Program-made: the position numbers and the translations under genes
Source: an uncultured Anaeroplasmataceae bacterium
Lineage (GTDB): Bacteria > Bacillota_I > Bacilli_A > Acholeplasmatales > Anaeroplasmataceae
Assembly: GCA_948619685.1 (NCBI GenBank)
Contig: CAPGOD010000002.1
Location: 1-64,000, forward strand
Reading direction: 5' to 3'
DNA: 64,000 nt
Notes under the pieces: generated by a model
The model's input: the letters and a program-made list of their open reading frames with translations, nothing else
Databases searched by the model: none
Told to the model about the DNA's origin: nothing
Shown: in pieces, positions 58,322 through 64,000 of the stretch
Numbering within the stretch: position 1 is the stretch's first letter
Layout: each line of letters begins with the position of its first letter

Positions 58322-58943
58322 CGCCCCCGGAAAAGTCACACCTATTGTAATTCACGTAGCCACCAGAGAAGACGCACTGAACATAGCGGGCACTCCATCC
58401 TGATAATGTCGAATCTGGAGTTACAAGCCACCACCAGCAATCCAGATTTGCACCAATTATTTTTCTATACTTTCTATATTGGTCGATAGTCAAAATGCTT
58501 ACTTTGTCTATGCTTGTCCCATAGTCATCCAAACCATCCAACGACATTAAATCGACAGTATGCTCAACAATCCTATCCTTGCCAAATGTATTTTCAATTT
58601 CCCCTAAATATGTTCCATTCAGAAATCCTCTCAGACTACTTGTTTTCCAGTTGTTATCGGAGCCAAACTCCATATCATCTTCTAATACCTCTTTTCTGAT
58701 AACCGCTGTACGATTTCCATCAAGCTGTTCTAAGACTATGTATTCGACATTATTAACCTCAAATATCTCCCCTTGACTTAATGATAGTAAATTAATATCC
58801 TCTTTTCTTTCTATAACAATCTGGATGTTCTCATCAACATTGTTGATAGTTACATTTAAATCCTTCTCTACTTTATTGACTACATTTATTTTCTTACACA
58901 TATTATTTTCCTCCACATCTTTTTCTAAAAAGGTACATTTCAT
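58293..58943 (-). CDS. DGR target protein 2 (paralog of 29308-30075, remote from RT)
   Basis: C-terminal ~90 aa paralogous to target 1; identical GGVRPFFILQS* ending. Confidence 0.6.
   Translation of the reverse strand: MKCTFLEKDVEENNMCKKINVVNKVEKDLNVTINNVDENIQIVIERKEDINLLSLSQGEIFEVNNVEYIVLEQLDGNRTAVIRKEVLEDDMEFGSDNNWKTSSLRGFLNGTYLGEIENTFGKDRIVEHTVDLMSLDGLDDYGTSIDKVSILTIDQYRKYRKIIGANLDCWWWLVTPDSTLSGWSARYVQCVFSGGYVNYNRCDFSGGVRPFFILQS
58322..58395 (-). repeat. diverged DGR variable repeat VR2 (remote target)
   Basis: Aligns to TR over ~80 bp with ~12 mismatches at T positions and ~10 at other positions; encodes ...RYVQCVFSGGYVNYNRCDFSGGVRP. Confidence 0.55.
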
Positions 58944-58946
58944 TGC

Positions 58947-59624
58947 CTATTTCATGATTCTTTCAATGTCTTTTTCTATCATCTTATAAGACTCTTCAAT
59001 ATTTCCGTCAAAGATATATTTTACAAAATCATTTTGTGCTTTAATTTCTTTTTTACGTCCCAAATTGCAGATTTCAAATTTTTCTGGGCTTTCATCAAAC
59101 TGCACATCTCTAATCTCATTACCAAATTCCCAAAAAAGTCCATAAGTCATTACCTGATCTAACTCAAAAGCATTTACAATGTCTATAGTTTTCCCTCTCA
59201 TTTTCATAAACCATACAGTGTTTTTAAGTGCTTTCATTTCACTATATCCTTTACGATTATGCAGAGCCAGCAGCCGATACCGACATTCTCCCTCCCATTT
59301 CTCTTTGTTAAATTTCTTATCCATGATATTGTAAATTTGTACTGTATCTCCCATTCTTCTATCAAATTCAGCATTCAACTTATCCTTGAGAATTTTCTGC
59401 TGTTCATATGGAATATTTTCATACAATTCATAATCAAATCCAAATTCCGATACAACCGTTGCCATATCTCGCAATTCATCAAAATCCAAAATAGACATAT
59501 CTATATTTGTTTTCAATCCTTCAATTCCATACTTTTTAATTACTCTTGCTCTTGCATCTGCAATTACATCTTCTCCTGCCCATTTAACAAATTCAGGTAT
59601 ATTGTTCATAGCATTTTCCTCCAA
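58947..59624 (-). CDS. hypothetical protein
   Basis: 225-aa ORF. Confidence 0.4.
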   Translation of the reverse strand: MEENAMNNIPEFVKWAGEDVIADARARVIKKYGIEGLKTNIDMSILDFDELRDMATVVSEFGFDYELYENIPYEQQKILKDKLNAEFDRRMGDTVQIYNIMDKKFNKEKWEGECRYRLLALHNRKGYSEMKALKNTVWFMKMRGKTIDIVNAFELDQVMTYGLFWEFGNEIRDVQFDESPEKFEICNLGRKKEIKAQNDFVKYIFDGNIEESYKMIEKDIERIMK

Positions 59625-59647
59625 TCTTTTGTCTTGAAATGCGAATT

Positions 59648-60493
59648 TTAACTACTTACCTTCACCAAAGGTTCTATTCTTTTTCTTCCAGTTGTTTTTC
59701 CTTGTCTCTTTAACAATGCTGACACTCTGTTAAAAGTTTCCACATCAATAATAGATTCATAATCCCCTTTATATATTTCTCCAAGATATATATTGAATCC
59801 ACAATATTGTGTACGTGTAAGAATCTTCTGGACAGACCATGCAGTAGGCTTCTTTCCCCTTTTCCCTCTAAATCCGCGCTTATTTGCTTCACAGGCAACC
59901 TCTGATAAATTCTTCCTTAAAAGATATTCAGTAAAGCAGAAACGAACATATTTAGCTTCCTCTTCATTGATTTTAAATGAATCTTTTCCATCTAAATCAT
60001 ATCCAAGAATTTCTGAACATGTCCGTTTTCCCTGTGAAGCTCTCTCAGCCATAGCAGCACTTACACGTTCGCTTGTTAATTCTCTTTCAAGTTGTGCAAA
60101 TACTCCAACAATCCCAATCATAGCCCTTCCCATTGGAGTAGAAGTATCAAATGCTTCTGTGTAAGAGACCATATCAATATTCCACTCCTTAAATTTTTCC
60201 ATTGTGGAATACAGATCTGACACACTTCTTGTAAATCTACTCAACGCCCAAAATAGGACGATATCAAATTTTCGCACCTTTGCATCTTCCAAAAGTCTAT
60301 TCATGTCTGGGCGGTGTTCAATATCTTTACCAGAAATACCTTTATCAGCATACAGGTCAAAAATCTCATATTTTCGATCATCACACCACTTTCTAAGCGT
60401 TTTTTCTTGTGCTTCCAGAGAATAACCTTCTTTTGCCTGGTCTAAGGTACTGACTCTAATATAAATTGCAATTCGTTTATTCTCCTTTGTCAT
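59648..60493 (-). CDS. serine recombinase (resolvase/invertase catalytic domain plus part of a recombinase domain), short at 281 aa
   Basis: IAIYIRVSTLDQ catalytic-Ser motif. Confidence 0.7.
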   Translation of the reverse strand: MTKENKRIAIYIRVSTLDQAKEGYSLEAQEKTLRKWCDDRKYEIFDLYADKGISGKDIEHRPDMNRLLEDAKVRKFDIVLFWALSRFTRSVSDLYSTMEKFKEWNIDMVSYTEAFDTSTPMGRAMIGIVGVFAQLERELTSERVSAAMAERASQGKRTCSEILGYDLDGKDSFKINEEEAKYVRFCFTEYLLRKNLSEVACEANKRGFRGKRGKKPTAWSVQKILTRTQYCGFNIYLGEIYKGDYESIIDVETFNRVSALLKRQGKTTGRKRIEPLVKVSS

Positions 60494-60497
60494 TTTA

Positions 60498-60815
60498 TCA
60501 CCTACTTAATTTTTCAAAAAAGTTATTTACCAGTCCATCCGCTTCTTCCGCTAATTTCTTCTGCTGATTGATAGTCTGAATAATTTCCTTAATCACATCA
60601 TTTTGATATCTCCATACAACACCAAAACTATTGCCATGATTAGTATATTCCGTTTCGACAAGCCAAACCCTCTCTCTTCCAATCTGCACATACTCCTGAT
60701 CATCCCAATATGAATATGTACCATAACAGACTTCAAGACCAACTTTTTCTAACTTATTCATGAATGCCTGATTAACTTTCCTATTTCTTTTTAAAAATTC
60801 CAAAGTTTCCTTCAT
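60498..60815 (-). CDS. hypothetical protein
   Basis: 105-aa ORF. Confidence 0.4.
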   Translation of the reverse strand: MKETLEFLKRNRKVNQAFMNKLEKVGLEVCYGTYSYWDDQEYVQIGRERVWLVETEYTNHGNSFGVVWRYQNDVIKEIIQTINQQKKLAEEADGLVNNFFEKLSR

Positions 60816-60863
60816 AATTTTTACCTTTCCTTTCTTTAATTTTGAATAAAATTCCGATTCTAT

Positions 60864-61064
60864 TTACATTTTTATTCTGATATATAATACTTCTGAAACA
60901 ATCCGCATATTTAATACTTCTGCATTTTCATAAGCAGTTGGTAAGTGATTAAGATCAGAAATCTTATTCCTGTGACCATATGGAAGCTGTGAACCTTGTT
61001 CATCTGCTAAAGATATTAACTGATAGCTTGGAAACTTTTTTAATATATCTCTTAATTTAATCAT
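60864..61064 (-). CDS. hypothetical protein
   Basis: 66-aa ORF. Confidence 0.3.
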   Translation of the reverse strand: MIKLRDILKKFPSYQLISLADEQGSQLPYGHRNKISDLNHLPTAYENAEVLNMRIVSEVLYIRIKM

Positions 61065-61096
61065 GCTATTTTCTCCTTAAAATCCTGAATCCATTA

Positions 61097-61372
61097 CTAT
61101 TTGTAATCCCAATCAATATTCACTCCACAACAAGGACATTGTTCTGTTCCTTTTGGGAATGAAAATCTCTTGAATTTTCCTTCATCTTCGCCAAATTGAA
61201 AACCTTTCATATTTTCAGCCAGTTGTTCACATATCTGGCAAGTATACTTTATATAAGGTTCTTCTCCTTCCTTTTCATAATGATGTTCATTTGGTCTCAA
61301 TTTCGCCTTTTGCTTACATACTACTTTTGCAGGATATATTTTAAACATAAATTCTGATCTTACTAATGCCAT
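61097..61372 (-). CDS. zinc-ribbon protein
   Basis: CQICE...CPCCG. Confidence 0.4.
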   Translation of the reverse strand: MALVRSEFMFKIYPAKVVCKQKAKLRPNEHHYEKEGEEPYIKYTCQICEQLAENMKGFQFGEDEGKFKRFSFPKGTEQCPCCGVNIDWDYK

Positions 61373-61569
61373 ACTGACCTCCGTTACTTCATTAATCTAA
61401 TCCTATAATCTATTCAAAATTTCGCATACATCCTGACTGCCTCTGTAAAAGAATCAGATAAACCCATGCAATATATGTCCATATTTTTTCGTGTTCTTTC
61501 CTTTATCCTTTTAGGAATTTTTCCAATGACTAAATCATCATTATAAAACATGGCCCTCCAATCCAATCA

Positions 61570-62121
61570 TCAACCTTTATAGTCAGGTGCATCCATCCAC
61601 ATATTACATATTTTATTATGCAACTTATGATATTCGTCTAAATCTTTTGACAATATTTCATAAGCCTTACCATTGTGAAATAGGCCAAAGGCTTTACTCA
61701 TATTGTCTATCAATGCCAACATTCCAAGAGAAAGCATATTTAACTCTTTAGAAGAAAAACTCATGTCTCTCTTATCTACCTGTTCTTTTATCTTTATCTC
61801 TGCCATTATAAAATCCGCTATATCTTTATTATAGAAATCATAATCAACATTCCATCCATCCCAGACAGAATAAACAATCTGATTACCAGTAGAAGTCTGT
61901 GTATCGATTACCTCACACTCAGAATTTACTGCATTCTGAATCGCATCCACCAAACTATCTGTATCTTCCAGTCCTTTCTGGACTCCATTCCAATCCACAA
62001 ACTTATACCTTTTATTCTTTTTCATTTTTAATTCCTTTCTTCTCCAACTTAAAGTCAATATTTCAAGACCATTCGTATTTACTTCACTGTAATGGTCAAA
62101 TATCCAAAACCTCTGTCCCAA
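61570..62121 (-). CDS. hypothetical protein
   Basis: 183-aa ORF. Confidence 0.4.
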   Translation of the reverse strand: MGQRFWIFDHYSEVNTNGLEILTLSWRRKELKMKKNKRYKFVDWNGVQKGLEDTDSLVDAIQNAVNSECEVIDTQTSTGNQIVYSVWDGWNVDYDFYNKDIADFIMAEIKIKEQVDKRDMSFSSKELNMLSLGMLALIDNMSKAFGLFHNGKAYEILSKDLDEYHKLHNKICNMWMDAPDYKG

Positions 62122-62444
62122 TCATCACCTGACGGCTTTAATAATATTTCCTTTGGGATTTCATCTTCATGTTTAAAAAATCCAATTATTTCCCTATTAT
62201 AATAATTCTTTAAACAAATAGAGATTATTTTGTGATTCCTTTTCCCTATTTCAATTCTTTCCGCTACTGTAACGATTTTTTCTTGAATCTTATCAATGTA
62301 AAATTCAATGGTATTCATTTCTTTTGTATTTTCGTCAAAAAGTCTAATAGCCATCTGGTTCGCTTCCTCATGGCTGTATCCCTTCTTCTGAATCATCTTT
62401 GTTGCTTTCACAACATTGTTGTAAGTCTTTCGTTTCATAATCAA
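62079..62444 (-). CDS. hypothetical protein
   Basis: 121-aa ORF. Confidence 0.4.
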   Translation of the reverse strand: MIMKRKTYNNVVKATKMIQKKGYSHEEANQMAIRLFDENTKEMNTIEFYIDKIQEKIVTVAERIEIGKRNHKIISICLKNYYNREIIGFFKHEDEIPKEILLKPSGDDWDRGFGYLTITVK

Positions 62445-62774
62445 CCATCCTTTCCACTTTCTATTTCTCCATTTATTCCGTGTTTATATCCACTATAGGA
62501 CACATCATTTTTAATATGCTCTATACTGGACACAAACCATATCCCACCCTGTTGACCGCTTATCATTCGCAATACTGCACTCGCTTCACCATCAACCCAA
62601 AAGAGGTTTTAAGAGTTCTTTTGGTACTCTTCCGAAAACTTATTTATAATTCCGTTTTCGTTATATTTACTATATCATAACGTTTTCGGAATGTCAATAT
62701 CTTTTTGGAATTTGTTTTCTTTTTTCGGAATATGCTTTTGCAAAGAAAAAGCACTATGCAATTTGCACAATGCT

Positions 62775-63065
62775 TTACTTAATCTCATTTCCATCAGGAA
62801 ATATAAATTTTGATTCATACTTGCATCCCATAAATGCAGCCATTTCTTGTAATTCCTCTTGCGTAAACTTTCCTGTTTTTACACGCTTTGAAATAGATGC
62901 TTGACTCATGCCCATTTTTGCTCCCAACTCTGTCAAACTCATTCCGGCAGTATCACAGGCAACTTTTATTTTTTGTTGTAGCGTTATACTGATCACTTCC
63001 TTCCCATTCCAATTTATGATATTATACAACGTTTTAAGAATTATTTCAACCACTATAAAAGGCAC
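62775..63065 (-). CDS. HTH (XRE-like) DNA-binding protein
   Basis: MSLTELGAKMGMSQASISKRVKTGKFT. Confidence 0.5.
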   Translation of the reverse strand: MPFIVVEIILKTLYNIINWNGKEVISITLQQKIKVACDTAGMSLTELGAKMGMSQASISKRVKTGKFTQEELQEMAAFMGCKYESKFIFPDGNEIK

Positions 63066-63104
63066 TAACGAATATTTCCGCTAATGCCCTCTAACTGGTT
63101 ATAA

Positions 63105-63323
63105 CTATGCAATCTTCCATCCGATACCTTCAACTACCGTTTTAATTCCACATTTATCAAGAATTTCCTTTACTGTTCCATTGATAAAGGATGGCTTTTC
63201 TTGCCGTATAATGGCATTATACACATCCACACATTCCCATACTGTAGCTGGTGGGACATTTTTAATTCCTCTTACCTGTTTTCCATCAAGCCATGTTTCT
63301 ATATATTGTTTAAATTTCTTCAT
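63105..63323 (-). CDS. hypothetical protein
   Basis: 72-aa ORF. Confidence 0.35.
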   Translation of the reverse strand: MKKFKQYIETWLDGKQVRGIKNVPPATVWECVDVYNAIIRQEKPSFINGTVKEILDKCGIKTVVEGIGWKIA

Positions 63324-63353
63324 GATAAATCCTCCTGTGTTAAAACGTTTCTT

Positions 63354-63599
63354 TCATGGTATAAGTGCTTCCGCCGCTTCCTGCCAATTTTTAAAATGAT
63401 ATACCTCACACTTCCCACGCTTTATAGGATTCTCCCAAAATTCAGGATATGTAAACTTCATTACACATACAGTTTTAAATCCTTCATCTGCGCCTTGTGC
63501 TGTATACCCTTTTTTGATAAGATTATCATATGCTTTATTTTCAGCATTTATATATTCTCTCTGTTTATTCACTGCAACACCTTCTATCTTTTTAACCAT
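63354..63599 (-). CDS. hypothetical protein
   Basis: 81-aa ORF. Confidence 0.35.
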   Translation of the reverse strand: MVKKIEGVAVNKQREYINAENKAYDNLIKKGYTAQGADEGFKTVCVMKFTYPEFWENPIKRGKCEVYHFKNWQEAAEALIP

Positions 63600-63609
63600 C
63601 GTTAATTCC

Positions 63610-63840
63610 CTACCCTCTCACCATCTCAAACTCTTCCAGTTCTTCCTGTGCCAACTTCCTGTTATAATACAACTCTGCCCACACCATACGCCCATTTACT
63701 TCCGTTCTGGTATCATAGTTGATAAAATCCATCATGCCGTTTTTAGGATGCGTTCCGATGGATACAGGACGCATAATAGAATAATATTTAATCCAATGGT
63801 GCTTCTGTGCTGCCTGTCTAATATATTCGTTTGTACTCAT
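63610..63840 (-). CDS. hypothetical protein
   Basis: 76-aa ORF. Confidence 0.35.
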   Translation of the reverse strand: MSTNEYIRQAAQKHHWIKYYSIMRPVSIGTHPKNGMMDFINYDTRTEVNGRMVWAELYYNRKLAQEELEEFEMVRG

Positions 63841-63879
63841 GATATTTTCCTCTCTATGCTACTTCTATAACTGTTACTT

Positions 63880-64000
63880 CTTTTTTCCCTTTATCATAGT
63901 TAAAAGGAAGAACCAGGCAGACACCAATATCATTTTTAATGATTAGAGGCGAATGTATTCCATCTTTTGAGTATACTACAGCCTCCCTCCCATCATTAAT
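63880..64000 (-). CDS. C-terminal fragment of a gene running off the window end
   Basis: ...INDGREAVVYSKDGIHSPLIIKNDIGVCLVLPFNYDKGKKEVTVIEVA*. Confidence 0.25.

Noticed and set aside
1-64000. CRISPR array or rRNA genes
   Set aside because: No regularly spaced short direct repeats and no rRNA-like GC-rich conserved blocks were seen.

Overview
AT-rich (~32% GC) 64-kb window in which almost every gene is on the minus strand. It looks like a large phage or prophage genome from a low-GC Gram-positive host. It carries homing endonucleases, a tyrosine integrase, a serine recombinase, a sigma factor, an AbrB-like regulator, two XRE repressors with operators, and many small hypothetical genes. The clearest system is a diversity-generating retroelement (DGR). 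It has a reverse transcriptase (RT), a non-coding template repeat (TR), an Avd accessory gene, and a target gene whose C-terminal variable repeat (VR) differs from TR only at coding-strand adenines. A second, diverged VR-bearing paralogous target lies about 29 kb away. Both targets are followed by the same ~140-nt GC-rich 3' element. Other modules of interest are a tRNA/RNA-repair cluster (nucleotidyltransferase, CCA-adding enzyme, DHH phosphoesterase, Rnl5-like RNA ligase); a Thg1-like protein plus a split radical-SAM enzyme; two Tpt1/KptA C-domain-like paralogs and an ADP-ribosylglycohydrolase; a major-vault-protein-like 814-aa gene next to a SLOG/DUF2493 gene; a solo TnpB-like gene with a degenerate RuvC-II and zinc finger; four ParB/DUF262-type genes and two PAPS-reductase-like PP-loop genes; three DNA methyltransferase genes, two of them disrupted; a MazF-like toxin divergent from an XRE regulator; and an ABC importer with a PspA-like protein and a substrate-binding protein fused to an OmpA domain. 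Several genes look decayed, with in-frame TGA or TAA at conserved Trp or Glu codons, start codons lost to ATA, or homopolymer frameshifts. No rRNA, tRNA or CRISPR array was recognised. All functional calls are from motif recognition by eye and need database confirmation.
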